Below are positions 10,721 to 19,447 of a DNA stretch of 32,979 bases, piece after piece. Source of the DNA: Candidatus Binatia bacterium (GTDB lineage Bacteria; Desulfobacterota; Binatia; HRBIN30; JACQVA1); the NCBI GenBank assembly GCA_041477755.1, contig JBGOUW010000001.1, forward strand, positions 1 to 32,979. The letters are read 5' to 3'. The position numbers were made by a program, and so were the translations under genes. The notes beneath the pieces are model-generated. The model was not told where the DNA came from. It did no database searches and worked only from the letters and a program-made list of their open reading frames with translations. How positions within the stretch are numbered: position 1 is the stretch's first letter; each line of letters begins with the position of its first letter.

Positions 10721-12466
10721 ATGGCAGACGAACGACTGATAGTCGTCGGCGGCGGCCTCGCCGGGCTGATGACCACTATCAAGATCGCCGAGATGGGCAT
10801 CCCGGTAGATCTGTTCTCGGTGGTGCCGGTCAAACGCTCGCACTCGGTGTGCGCGCAGGGTGGCATCAATGCCGCGGTGAATTGGAAGGGCGAGGGCGAC
10901 ACCCCGCAGGAGCACTTCGACGATTCAATTTACGGCGGCGACTTTCTCGCCAACCAGCCGCCGGTGAAGGCGATGTGCGAGGCGGGACCCGGCATCGTGT
11001 TTCTGCTCGACCGCATGGGCGTGCCGTTCAACCGCACACCCGAAGGCTTCCTCGACTTCCGCCGCTTCGGCGGCACCAAGCATCATCGCACCGCGTTTGC
11101 CGGCGCGACCACCGGACAGCAACTGCTCTACGCCCTCGACGAGCAAGTGCGTCGCCATGAGGCCGCCGGCTTGGTGCGGAAATTTGAGATTTGGGAGTTC
11201 CTGTCGGCGGTGCAAGACGAGAGCGGACGCTGCCGCGGCATCATTGCGATGAATGGGCGCACGATGGAGATCCAAGCCTTCGCGGCCGGGGCGGTGATGC
11301 TCGCCACTGGCGGGCCGGGGATCATCTTCGGCAAGAGTACGAACTCGATCGTCAACACCGGTGCCGCAGCGGGGATCGCCTACCAACAGGGGGCCACTTA
11401 CGCCAACGGCGAATTCATCCAGGTGCATCCGACCGCGATCCCCGGCAACGACAAGCTGCGGCTGATCTCCGAGTCGGTGCGCGGCGAAGGCGGCCGGGTT
11501 TGGACGTACAAGGACGGCCAGCCGTGGTACTTCCTTGAAGAGATGTATCCCGCGTACGGTAATCTGGTCCCGCGCGACATTGCGACCCGTGCGATCTTCA
11601 AGGTCGTCTTCGAGATGAACCTCGGCGTCAACGGCGAGCAGATGGTCTATCTCGATGTGACCAACATCGACCCTCACGTGCTCGATCGGAAATTGGGTGG
11701 CGTGCTCGAGATCTACGAGAAGTTCATGGGCGACGATCCACGCAAAGTGCCGATGAAGATTTTTCCCGGCATGCACTACTCGATGGGCGGGGTATGGGTC
11801 GACTATGCGCACATGACCAACATCCCCGGTCTGTTTGCGGCCGGCGAAGTCGACTACCAGTACCACGGCGCCAATCGACTGGGAGCGAACTCGCTGCTTT
11901 CGTGTCTCTACAGTGGCCAGATCGCGGGTCCGGCGATGGCGCACTACACGCGGGGGCAACGCGCAAATGGCGCCGAGCGCGCGCTCGACCTGGAGAAGAA
12001 GCGACAAGAGGAAGCCTTCGCCAAGATCTACCGCATGAACGGCAAGGAAAACGCCTACAGCATCGCCAAGGAACTCGGTGAGTGGATGACGGCGAACGTC
12101 ACCGTGATCCGCGACAATACGAAGCTCCGTGAGACCGATAACAAGCTTATCGAGTTGAAGGACCGCTGGGGCGACATCGGGCTCAACGACACGAGCCGAT
12201 GGGCCAATCAGGAAGTGTCGTTCATCAAGCAACTGTGGAGCATGCTCGAGTTGGCGCGCGTGATCACGCAAGGGGCACTGCGCCGCGACGAGAGCCGCGG
12301 TGCCCATTACAAACCGGCGTTTCCCGAACGTGACGATGCCAATTTCCTCAAGACGACGATGGCGCGCTGGAGTTCCGACGGGCCACAGTTGAGCTACGAG
12401 CCGGTCGACACATCGCTGATCAAGCCGCGGCCGCGCAAGTACGACGTCGACAAGCAGGCGGCGTGA
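10721..12466 (+). CDS. sdhA: Succinate dehydrogenase flavoprotein subunit (581 aa)
   Basis: FAD fold VVGGGLAGLM, covalent-FAD His context RSHSVCAQGGINAA, and HPTAIPG...SESVRGEGG. The start is set at the ATG at 10721 (GAAGGA upstream); the GTG at 10694 is an alternative. Confidence 0.93.
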   Translation: MADERLIVVGGGLAGLMTTIKIAEMGIPVDLFSVVPVKRSHSVCAQGGINAAVNWKGEGDTPQEHFDDSIYGGDFLANQPPVKAMCEAGPGIVFLLDRMGVPFNRTPEGFLDFRRFGGTKHHRTAFAGATTGQQLLYALDEQVRRHEAAGLVRKFEIWEFLSAVQDESGRCRGIIAMNGRTMEIQAFAAGAVMLATGGPGIIFGKSTNSIVNTGAAAGIAYQQGATYANGEFIQVHPTAIPGNDKLRLISESVRGEGGRVWTYKDGQPWYFLEEMYPAYGNLVPRDIATRAIFKVVFEMNLGVNGEQMVYLDVTNIDPHVLDRKLGGVLEIYEKFMGDDPRKVPMKIFPGMHYSMGGVWVDYAHMTNIPGLFAAGEVDYQYHGANRLGANSLLSCLYSGQIAGPAMAHYTRGQRANGAERALDLEKKRQEEAFAKIYRMNGKENAYSIAKELGEWMTANVTVIRDNTKLRETDNKLIELKDRWGDIGLNDTSRWANQEVSFIKQLWSMLELARVITQGALRRDESRGAHYKPAFPERDDANFLKTTMARWSSDGPQLSYEPVDTSLIKPRPRKYDVDKQAA

Positions 12467-13224
12467 GGCAGGCGATGGAAACGCGCTCGATCACGCTGCG
12501 CATCAAACGGCAGGACGGACCGACGGCCACGCCGTATTGGCAAGAGTTTGAAATCCCGTACAAGGCGCAACACAACGTGCTGTCCGTCCTGATGGAGGTC
12601 CGCCGCAACCCGGTGACCAAGGACGGCAAGCGGACGTCGCCGGTGGTGTGGGAAGCCAGCTGCCTCGAAGAAGTCTGCGGCTCGTGCACGATGGTGGTGA
12701 ACGGACGCGTGCGGCAGGCGTGTACGGCGCTCGTCGATCACCTCAACCAGCCGATCACGCTGGAGCCGATGACAAAGTTTCCGCTGGTGCGGGATCTCGT
12801 CGTCGATCGTAGCCGCATGTTCGAGTCGCTGAAGCGGGTCAATGCCTGGATTCCGATCGACGGCACGTACGACCTAGGTCCCGGACCACGCGTGCCGGCC
12901 GAGCGGCAAGAGTTCGCATACTTGCTGTCACGCTGCATGACGTGCGGCTGTTGCTTGGAAGTCTGCCCGCAGGTGAACGACTCGTCGAAGTTCATGGGGG
13001 CAGCCACAATGGCGCAGGTGGTATTATTCAACATGCACCCGACCGGCGCACTGAACAAGGATGAGCGCTTGGCCGCCGTGATGGGTGAAGGCGGGATCGC
13101 GGATTGCGGCAACGCGCAGAACTGCGTGCAGGTGTGCCCGAAGGAGATTCCGCTGACAACCGCGATCGCGGAGCTCGGTCGGCAGACCACGATCAAAGCG
13201 GTCAAGGATCTTCTCTGGGGGTGA
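12463..13224 (+). CDS. sdhB: Succinate dehydrogenase iron-sulfur subunit
   Basis: 2Fe-2S motif CLEEVCGSCTMVVNGRVRQAC and the 4Fe-4S/3Fe-4S motifs CMTCGCCLEVCP and CGNAQNCVQVCP. The GTG at 12463 overlaps the sdhA stop. The ATG at 12475 (METRS...) is an equally plausible start. Confidence 0.9.
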   Translation: MRQAMETRSITLRIKRQDGPTATPYWQEFEIPYKAQHNVLSVLMEVRRNPVTKDGKRTSPVVWEASCLEEVCGSCTMVVNGRVRQACTALVDHLNQPITLEPMTKFPLVRDLVVDRSRMFESLKRVNAWIPIDGTYDLGPGPRVPAERQEFAYLLSRCMTCGCCLEVCPQVNDSSKFMGAATMAQVVLFNMHPTGALNKDERLAAVMGEGGIADCGNAQNCVQVCPKEIPLTTAIAELGRQTTIKAVKDLLWG

Positions 13225-13233
13225 AGGAGCGGC

Positions 13234-14397
13234 ATGAACATCCACGAGTTCCAGGCGAAGGATATCCTCCGAAAGTACGGCGTCGCGGTCCCAAAGGGGA
13301 GCGCGGCTAGCAGCGGCGACGAGGCCGCAGCAATTGCGCGCGAGATCGGGGGTACCTGCGTGGTGAAAGCGCAGATTCACGCCGGTGGCCGCGGCAAGGC
13401 TGGAGGGGTGAAGGTCTGCCGCACGCCGGATGAAGTGCGCGAGTTTGCAATTGGCCTGATCGGCAAAACGCTGGTGACGCATCAAACTGGGCCGAGCGGT
13501 CGCGTGGTGCGGCGCGTACTGGTGGAGGAGGCCAGCGCGATCGCGCGTGAGCTGTATCTCGGCATGGTGATCGACCGTGCGGTAGGCCGTCCGGTCATGA
13601 TGGCGAGTACCGAAGGCGGCATGGAGATCGAGGAGGTCGCAACCAAGACGCCGGAGAAGATTTTGCGCGAGATCATCGACCCGGCGGTCGGGCTGCAAGC
13701 GTTCCAGGCGCGCAAGTTGGCATTCGCGTTAGGACTGGAATCGAGTTCGATCCGCGAAGCGGTGGCCTTGATGGACGGCGTGTATCGGGCGTTCATCGAG
13801 CACGATGCGTCGCTGATGGAGATCAATCCGCTGGTGATCACCAAAGCGGGCAACATTGTGGCGCTCGATGCCAAGATGGGCTTCGATGACAACGCGCTCT
13901 ACCGCGCCGGGGTGCGGGAGCTGCGCGATCTCAACGAGGAGGATCCGAAGGAGACGGAAGCTGCGAAACACGACCTGAGCTACATCGCACTCGACGGAAC
14001 CATCGGATGCATGGTGAATGGCGCGGGGTTGGCGATGGCGACGATGGACATCATCAAACACTGCGGTGGCTCACCGGCCAACTTCCTCGATGTCGGTGGT
14101 GGCGCGACCGCCGAGCGCGTAGCCGAAGCGTTCAAGATTCTGCTCTCCGATCGGCAGGTGCGCGCGGTGCTGATCAATATCTTCGGCGGCATCATGCGTT
14201 GCGACGTGCTCGCGAGTGGCGTGGTGGAGGCGGCGCGACAGGTGAAACTGAATGTCCCGCTCGTGGTGCGACTCGAGGGTACCAACGTCGACATCGGCCG
14301 GCGCATCTTGGCGGACTCCGGACTCAACGTCATTGCGGCTACCGACATGGCCGACGCCGCCCAAAAGGCAGTCAAAGCCGCGCAAGCGGTCCTCTGA
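13234..14397 (+). CDS. sucC: Succinate--CoA ligase (ADP-forming) beta subunit (387 aa)
   Basis: [22 protein letters not shown]..., [16 protein letters not shown] and [18 protein letters not shown] precedes the ATG. Confidence 0.93.
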   Translation: MNIHEFQAKDILRKYGVAVPKGSAASSGDEAAAIAREIGGTCVVKAQIHAGGRGKAGGVKVCRTPDEVREFAIGLIGKTLVTHQTGPSGRVVRRVLVEEASAIARELYLGMVIDRAVGRPVMMASTEGGMEIEEVATKTPEKILREIIDPAVGLQAFQARKLAFALGLESSSIREAVALMDGVYRAFIEHDASLMEINPLVITKAGNIVALDAKMGFDDNALYRAGVRELRDLNEEDPKETEAAKHDLSYIALDGTIGCMVNGAGLAMATMDIIKHCGGSPANFLDVGGGATAERVAEAFKILLSDRQVRAVLINIFGGIMRCDVLASGVVEAARQVKLNVPLVVRLEGTNVDIGRRILADSGLNVIAATDMADAAQKAVKAAQAVL

Positions 14398-14406
14398 GCA
14401 GATCAA

Positions 14407-14436
14407 GTCCACAGCTTCTGTTGATAAGCTGTGGAC
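14407..14436 (+). terminator. Perfect 10-11 bp hairpin 10 nt after the sucC stop (putative operon terminator)
   Basis: GTCCACAGCT (14407-14416) pairs with AGCTGTGGAC (14427-14436). The loop is 8-10 nt. The downstream sequence is only moderately T-rich (ctctggttcttgtt), so this is not a canonical L-shaped terminator. Confidence 0.5.
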
Positions 14437-14631
14437 GGGAATGCTCTGGTTCTTGTTAGAGAAGGGTTTGCTTCAATTGCCACAAAAGCGGTCAGCCGTG
14501 CGTCGACCAGAAAGAGTTGGATTGACGGCGGCTTACATCTGCTGAGTTAGAGTTGCATAGGCTGGGGTGTAGTTTTCCGCTGCAACCCGCGTCCGCTCCA
14601 GACGTTGTGGATAACAGTTGCCGCGAACCCT

Positions 14632-15450
14632 TCAGAATTGGAACTGGACCTTGGCGTTGCGGTCATTCGTCGTCGCGCTATCGGTGCCGCGCAGGACGCC
14701 ATCGATATAGAGATTGACGAGCACCACGTCGCCGGTATTGAGGCTCTGGTTGGCCACAAACGCGACCGCGAAACTCTGCGGGGCTTCGAGGTAGAAAATC
14801 GCGGGGGTTGCGCACGTCTGGGCCGGTCGCCCGGTGTCGCTCGTTTCGAAGAAACTACAGGCCAGGAAAGTCGCGATCTCGTCGCCAATCGAAACTGTGA
14901 ACGGGATCGGTTGTTGGTTGATCTGGTCGCGACATAGATTCGAGATCGGGTTGGTTTGATCTTGATCGCAGACCTCGACCCGGACATCGGGACCATCGGT
15001 CGGCGTGATCTCCTGGGCGGAGGTCGCGAGGGAGACCGGGCGGTCCGAATCGGGCGGGATTTCGCCGCTTCGAAAAGGTGTGCTGGTGTTGAAGCCGAAG
15101 TTGTAAAGTTGCAGTGGGACCGGGAAAGTGGTCGAGGCCGGGGCGGGGCAAAGTTCGTCGCTTTGGACTGCGCGTTGGAAGGTGCCGCGCACCGGCTGCT
15201 GCGCATTCAACAAGAAGAACGCGTAGGGGCTCGTGAAGTCACTGCGGAAGTTCTCTGGACTACACGGTTGCGCGATGGTGTGGACGGGGCCGTTCGAGGT
15301 CTTGAAGTCGACGACCTGGAATCCTTCACCGGTTGTTCCGACCACGGCGAATAGCAGTTCGTCTGGGCGGGTCGGCGTCGGAGAGCTACCACTGCAGGCG
15401 GCCAGCGTGGCGCAAGCGAACACCACGATCGGAAGGAATAATCGCTGCAT
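14632..15450 (-). CDS. Hypothetical lipoprotein (272 aa)
   Basis: The start is trimmed to the ATG at 15450. The signal peptide MQRLFLPIVVFACATLAAC carries an L-A-A-C lipobox. The mature part is rich in T/S/N/Q/F and contains several Cys. The C-terminus ...AKVQFQF alternates hydrophobic residues and ends in Phe. I recognise no family. Confidence 0.6.
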   Translation of the reverse strand: MQRLFLPIVVFACATLAACSGSSPTPTRPDELLFAVVGTTGEGFQVVDFKTSNGPVHTIAQPCSPENFRSDFTSPYAFFLLNAQQPVRGTFQRAVQSDELCPAPASTTFPVPLQLYNFGFNTSTPFRSGEIPPDSDRPVSLATSAQEITPTDGPDVRVEVCDQDQTNPISNLCRDQINQQPIPFTVSIGDEIATFLACSFFETSDTGRPAQTCATPAIFYLEAPQSFAVAFVANQSLNTGDVVLVNLYIDGVLRGTDSATTNDRNAKVQFQF

Positions 15451-15497
15451 CGGTGGGCAGCTTGTGTCAGCATTCCGCGCAGCGGTCAAGGTGGTGT

Positions 15498-15881
15498 ATG
15501 ATCCGCGCGCGTATGGATCGGCAGCGGTTCGAAGAGTTGGTGGCCGAGGCCTTGGATGAACTCCCGGAAGAGTTTGCGGAACGCCTTGATAACGTCACGG
15601 TGCTCATCGAGGATGAGCCGTCGCGCGAGTTGTTGCTGCAAATGGGCCTCGACCCGCGGCGCGATACGTTGTTCGGTCTGTACGAAGGTGTGCCGCTAAG
15701 TAAACGCAGTGCGTTGGGCACGGCGACGTTGCCGGACCGCATCACGATCTTCTACCAGCCGTTGAGGCAGGCGTGCCGCTCACCAGGGGCGATTCGACGG
15801 CAGATCGTGCGAACGGTAATTCACGAAGTCGGGCATTTCTTTGGCCTGGACGAGGACGAGATTCGCACGGCCGGGTACTAG
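15498..15881 (+). CDS. Small zincin-like metallopeptidase family protein (127 aa)
   Basis: The HExxH motif sits in IHEVGHFFGLDEDEI near the C-terminus. The N-terminal FEELVAEALDELPEEF...NVTVLIEDEPS matches minimal 'possible Zn-metallopeptidase' (DUF1025-like) proteins. Start is the ATG at 15498; the ATG at 15513 is an alternative. Confidence 0.7.
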   Translation: MIRARMDRQRFEELVAEALDELPEEFAERLDNVTVLIEDEPSRELLLQMGLDPRRDTLFGLYEGVPLSKRSALGTATLPDRITIFYQPLRQACRSPGAIRRQIVRTVIHEVGHFFGLDEDEIRTAGY

Positions 15882-15895
15882 CGAGAGGGACCGTC

Positions 15896-16168
15896 ATGGC
15901 TGAACCGCTCAGTGACGTCGAACGCGTTCTCAAACTCAGCGATCGAGTGCGCTTGCTGGTCGCGATTTCGGACGAGATTCCGATTGAGACCAAGCTGAAC
16001 GTGCAAGGTTTGCTGAAGATCTTCGAAGCCACGGTTGCCGCAGCGGAGGGGGCGGGGGATGAGGTGCGCGCCGCGGGCTACTTTCAAGCCCTCTATCGGG
16101 ATCTCGAACCCTATGCGGACATTGAGGCGTTGCTGTCGGCGATGCGCGTGTTCGCCCCATTCCTGTGA
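15896..16168 (+). CDS. Hypothetical small acidic helical protein (90 aa)
   Basis: GAGAGGGA precedes the ATG at 15896. Its stop TGA (16166-16168) overlaps the GTG start of the next gene (GTGA). No family recognised. Confidence 0.5.
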   Translation: MAEPLSDVERVLKLSDRVRLLVAISDEIPIETKLNVQGLLKIFEATVAAAEGAGDEVRAAGYFQALYRDLEPYADIEALLSAMRVFAPFL

Positions 16169-16821
16169 GCATCGCAGCAGCCATCTCGCGGGCTACTGAG
16201 GACACTCTCACCGATCTGCCAGGAGGTCCTCTATGGCTCACGCGGCTCGCCAACCTGGCCGATCACGTCGATCGCGACGCCCTGTTGCGCGACGAGCGGA
16301 CGAGCGAGCCGCCGTACTGGGCGCATCTGTGGCCGGCAGCGCTGGCGCTGGCACGACTCGTGGTGAACGCGGGCGCTCGGCTGGATGGTCGACGCGTGAT
16401 CGAAGTCGGCTGTGGCTTGGGGGTTCCGGCTCTGGTCGCGGCGCGCTGCGGTGCGGCCGTTGTCCTCACCGATCGCAACGTCGATGCGGCGCGGTTGGCA
16501 AGGCACAATCTCCGTCGCAATGGGTTGCAGGGTTCCGTGGCCGTCATGGATTGGCGGCAGCCCGCGGTCTGCGGTCCCTTCGATCTTTGTTTGGCCGCGG
16601 ATGTGACCTACGATCCGACGGCGAATGAGCGGTTGATGGATTTTCTGATCAACTCTCTGGCGTCTGATGGCGAGGTGTGGCTTGCAGAGTCGGTACGAGC
16701 GGAGGAGGCGACGCTGCCACAGTTGATGAGGCGACAGTTAACTGTCCACGAGCAGCGACTCGTCGAAGTTGAAGACGGCCATCGTGTTTGGGTGCGAGTG
16801 CTACAGGGAAGGCGGTGGTGA
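16165..16821 (+). CDS. Class I SAM-dependent methyltransferase, protein-lysine methyltransferase-like (Methyltransf_16-like, 218 aa)
   Basis: YWAHLWPAALALARLV..., motif I VIEVGCGLGVPALVAA, VVLTD and LAADVTYD, as in FAM86/METTL21-like lysine methyltransferases. The start overlaps the upstream stop. Confidence 0.65.
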   Translation: MSIAAAISRATEDTLTDLPGGPLWLTRLANLADHVDRDALLRDERTSEPPYWAHLWPAALALARLVVNAGARLDGRRVIEVGCGLGVPALVAARCGAAVVLTDRNVDAARLARHNLRRNGLQGSVAVMDWRQPAVCGPFDLCLAADVTYDPTANERLMDFLINSLASDGEVWLAESVRAEEATLPQLMRRQLTVHEQRLVEVEDGHRVWVRVLQGRRW

Positions 16822-17543
16822 TGAGCTACATGGTGTTCGACATCGAGACGCGGATCGATAAGGGGCTGGTACGCAGTATTTATCTTCCCGGCGAAGCCGT
16901 GAGCGACGACGAGGCCTTCATCCGGGTTCGACAACAGTTACTCGCCGAGCACCAGAGCGACTTCTTTCCCGTATCGTTTCACCTGCCGATTGTGATCGTC
17001 TTGGCTGCGATACGCGACGACTTGAGTTGGGAGGGTGTGCAGATTCTCAGCAGTGCCGACGGCTCAGGTCGCGATATCGCGCGGGACTTCTGGTCGCGAG
17101 TGGAAAGTTTCAGCGGTACGTTGGTGACCTTCAACGGTCGCGGCTTCGATTTGCCGGTCATGGAACTACAGGCGCTGCGCCATGGGGTGGCGGCACCACG
17201 CTACTTCAACGATCGCCACGGGCCGCGCGCCCGCTACTCTGATAAGCACTATGACCTCCACGAGTTCATCACCAATTTCGGCATGTATCGGGTGCGCGGC
17301 GGCTTGGATCTGTTGACCAAGCTGGTCGGACTGCCTGGCAAGACGTCTGTGGCGGGTGGGGATGTGCAGAAGCTGTGGGAAGCCGGCGAACTGGCGGCGA
17401 TTGAGCGGTACTGCCAGGCCGACGTGATCCAGACGTACTTGTTGCTGCTGCGGGTCGAGCAATTGCGGGGACGGATTAGCGTGGCTCGGCTCGACGAGCT
17501 GTGGCAGGCGGCCGCGCCCTTGCGTGCACTCTTAGTCGGCTGA
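16821..17543 (+). CDS. RNase H-like 3'-5' exonuclease related to the PolB exonuclease domain (240 aa)
   Basis: Exo I VFDIET, Exo II FNGRGFDLPV and Exo III YCQADVIQTY. The overall pattern matches the 'predicted 3'-5' exonuclease related to PolB exonuclease domain' family. The ATG at 16821 overlaps the upstream TGA (ATGA-type coupling). Confidence 0.7.
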   Translation: MSYMVFDIETRIDKGLVRSIYLPGEAVSDDEAFIRVRQQLLAEHQSDFFPVSFHLPIVIVLAAIRDDLSWEGVQILSSADGSGRDIARDFWSRVESFSGTLVTFNGRGFDLPVMELQALRHGVAAPRYFNDRHGPRARYSDKHYDLHEFITNFGMYRVRGGLDLLTKLVGLPGKTSVAGGDVQKLWEAGELAAIERYCQADVIQTYLLLLRVEQLRGRISVARLDELWQAAAPLRALLVG

Positions 17544-17942
17544 GGCCTGCGAGTTGGCGGTGGTGCGCGCGATGACTTGCTTGAGTTGATCGACGTCAAC
17601 CGGCAGGGATAGGCAGTTCACTCGGACCGTCTGCTCGATCACCGCTCGCAGTCGCGTGGTTTCGCATTCGGTCAGGAAAATAATCGGCAACTCCGGGCGC
17701 AAGCGTCGCACCCGGTCGAACACGGTAAGGCCGCAAATGGTGCCGGCCAGCACCACCTCGGAGATGACGGCATCATAGGACTTGGATTCGAAGAGGCGGA
17801 GGGCCGCTTCGCCAGAATCCGCCCCGTCGACCTGATACCCGCAGCGGCCGAGAATGCGCTCGAGGGTCCGCCTAAAGTTCGGATTGCACGCGACTAAGAG
17901 AAGCCGCTTCTTGTTTCCGCTACACTCACACTCGGCTGACAT
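17532..17942 (-). CDS. Degenerate (pseudo-)receiver domain protein, Cys-rich (136 aa)
   Basis: The fold is CheY-like by alignment, but the acidic pair reads VACN, the acceptor position reads AVISEVVL (Glu instead of Asp), and the KP position reads SLP. There are seven Cys, including an N-terminal CxC. Confidence 0.7.
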   Translation of the reverse strand: MSAECECSGNKKRLLLVACNPNFRRTLERILGRCGYQVDGADSGEAALRLFESKSYDAVISEVVLAGTICGLTVFDRVRRLRPELPIIFLTECETTRLRAVIEQTVRVNCLSLPVDVDQLKQVIARTTANSQASAD

Positions 17943-17971
17943 CCGGACGCACCCCGCGGGGAGACTGGTTC

Positions 17972-17987
17972 AGCAGGATCAATGCCA
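17972..17987 (-). promoter_or_regulatory. Candidate sigma54 -24/-12 promoter (TGGCATTgatcCTGCT) for the pseudo-receiver gene
   Basis: The minus strand reads TGGCATTGATCCTGCT with GG-N10-GC spacing. It lies in the 147-nt gap after the NtrC-family gene, 29 nt upstream of the ATG at 17942. It shares the CTGCT -12 box with the promoter at 21205. Confidence 0.55.
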
Positions 17988-18060
17988 CGCGCGCCGGAAG
18001 GCGGAGTGGAGCGTAGCGCCAAGTAGAAATGGCGAACGGTCACGATCTGCCCGTCCACGT

Positions 18061-18070
18061 GTGTTGAAAC
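18061..18070 (-). promoter_or_regulatory. Candidate upstream activator element GTTTCAACAC
   Basis: The minus strand reads GTTTCAACAC, immediately followed by ACGTGG (CACGTG palindrome at 18056-18061). It ends 73 nt upstream of the TGG of the 17987 promoter. Its orientation and distance match the related elements at 21109 and 24614. Confidence 0.4.
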
Positions 18071-18089
18071 GCGACGAGGGCGGCGTGGG

Positions 18090-19445
18090 CTACGCGAGAC
18101 CATACTTCCCGAGCTTGCGGTAGAGGCGCTGGCGATCGATGTGGAGCAGACGCGCCGCTTGATTTTTGTTTCCGCCGCTCTTGCGTAGCGCGGCGAGGAT
18201 GTTGAGCCGTTCGAGGTCCTCGAACGGGATCGGTTCTGCCAGCCCTTCGATGGCGGGCGTGCCGTTACCGGCCGTGAACAGCGCGGGCGGCAGATCACGT
18301 TCGGTGATTTCCGGGGCGGGCGATAGCGCAAAGGCGCGCTCGATCACGTTCTGTAACTCGCGAATATTGCCCGGCCAGCGATAGTCGAGCAGGCGTTGCG
18401 TCGCCTCCGGTGTCACCCGCTTCGGCTCGACGCCATAGGCACGGCTGAATTCGGCGATGAAGTGGGTGATCAGCGGCCCGATGTCATCCCGGCGTTCGCG
18501 CAGCGGCGGCAGATGAATCGGCACGACATTGAGACGATAGTAGAGGTCGCTGCGGAAGCTGCCTTCGGCCATCGCCATCTCGAGATTGCGGTTGGTGGCC
18601 GCGATGATCCGAACGTCCACGCGCACCGCCTTGGTCGAGCCGAGGGGCGTGACCTCCTTTTCCTGGATCGCACGCAAGAACTTCACTTGCAGCGGCAGCG
18701 GGATCTCCGCGATCTCATCGAGGAACAGCGTGCCGCCATCAGCCGCTACGAACACGCCGTCGTGATCCTCGACGGCCCCGGTGAACGCGCCTTTGCGGTG
18801 ACCGAACAGCTGGCTCTCGAGCAGGGTCTCGGCAAGCGCGCCGCAGTTGACGGCTAAGAACGGCTGCGAAGCGAGTGAGCTCTTGGCGTGGATCGTGCGC
18901 GCGACCAACTCCTTGCCGGTCCCGTTTTCGCCGAAGAGCAGCACATTGCTCTTGTTGCGACTGACCGCGTCGATGGTCGCGTAGATGTCCTGCATCGGGC
19001 GGCTCTTGCCGACGATCTCGCCGAAGCGGTCGTACTTGCGCAGTTGCTGCTTGAGCTGCGTGACCTCGCGTCGCAACTGTCGAGTTTCGAGCTGGCGCTC
19101 GACGACCATGAGCAGCTCGTCAGGATGACACGGCTTGATGAGGTAGTCGGCGGCCCCAAGCTTCATGGCATCGACGGCCGATTGAATCGTGCCATGGCCC
19201 GTCAGCACGATGGTGGTAGGCGTCAGGTTACGCTCGTGCATCATGCGCAGCAGCGTCATGCCGTCCATCACCGGCATGTTGAGGTCGGTGATGACGATGT
19301 CGGCGGGCTGTTCGCTGAGCCGCTGCAGTGCCAGCTCGCCATTGGCGGCGGTATCGACCGAGTAACCCTTGCGTTCGAGGATCTTGGCCAACGTGCGGAC
19401 CATGTTGGCCTCGTCCTCGACGAGGAGAATGCGTGGGTTCGGCAT
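18090..19445 (-). CDS. Sigma54-dependent response regulator, NtrC family (REC-AAA+-Fis-type HTH, 451 aa)
   Basis: REC motifs: LLVEDE, IVITDLNMPVMDG, KP. AAA+ Walker A GENGTGKE. The sigma54-contact loop GAFTGA is present (ESQLFGHRKGAFTGA). C-terminal HTH GNKNQAARLLHIDRQRLYRKL. The ATG lies 2 nt after the kinase stop. Confidence 0.92.
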   Translation of the reverse strand: MPNPRILLVEDEANMVRTLAKILERKGYSVDTAANGELALQRLSEQPADIVITDLNMPVMDGMTLLRMMHERNLTPTTIVLTGHGTIQSAVDAMKLGAADYLIKPCHPDELLMVVERQLETRQLRREVTQLKQQLRKYDRFGEIVGKSRPMQDIYATIDAVSRNKSNVLLFGENGTGKELVARTIHAKSSLASQPFLAVNCGALAETLLESQLFGHRKGAFTGAVEDHDGVFVAADGGTLFLDEIAEIPLPLQVKFLRAIQEKEVTPLGSTKAVRVDVRIIAATNRNLEMAMAEGSFRSDLYYRLNVVPIHLPPLRERRDDIGPLITHFIAEFSRAYGVEPKRVTPEATQRLLDYRWPGNIRELQNVIERAFALSPAPEITERDLPPALFTAGNGTPAIEGLAEPIPFEDLERLNILAALRKSGGNKNQAARLLHIDRQRLYRKLGKYGLA

Positions 19446-19447
19446 AC

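Noticed and set aside
14398-14631. Searched the post-sucC spacer for a truncated sucD or a promoter (TTGACG at 14523-14528).
   Set aside because: No frame gives SucD-like sequence. The -35-like hexamer has no acceptable -10 at 16-19 nt and no downstream plus-strand gene.
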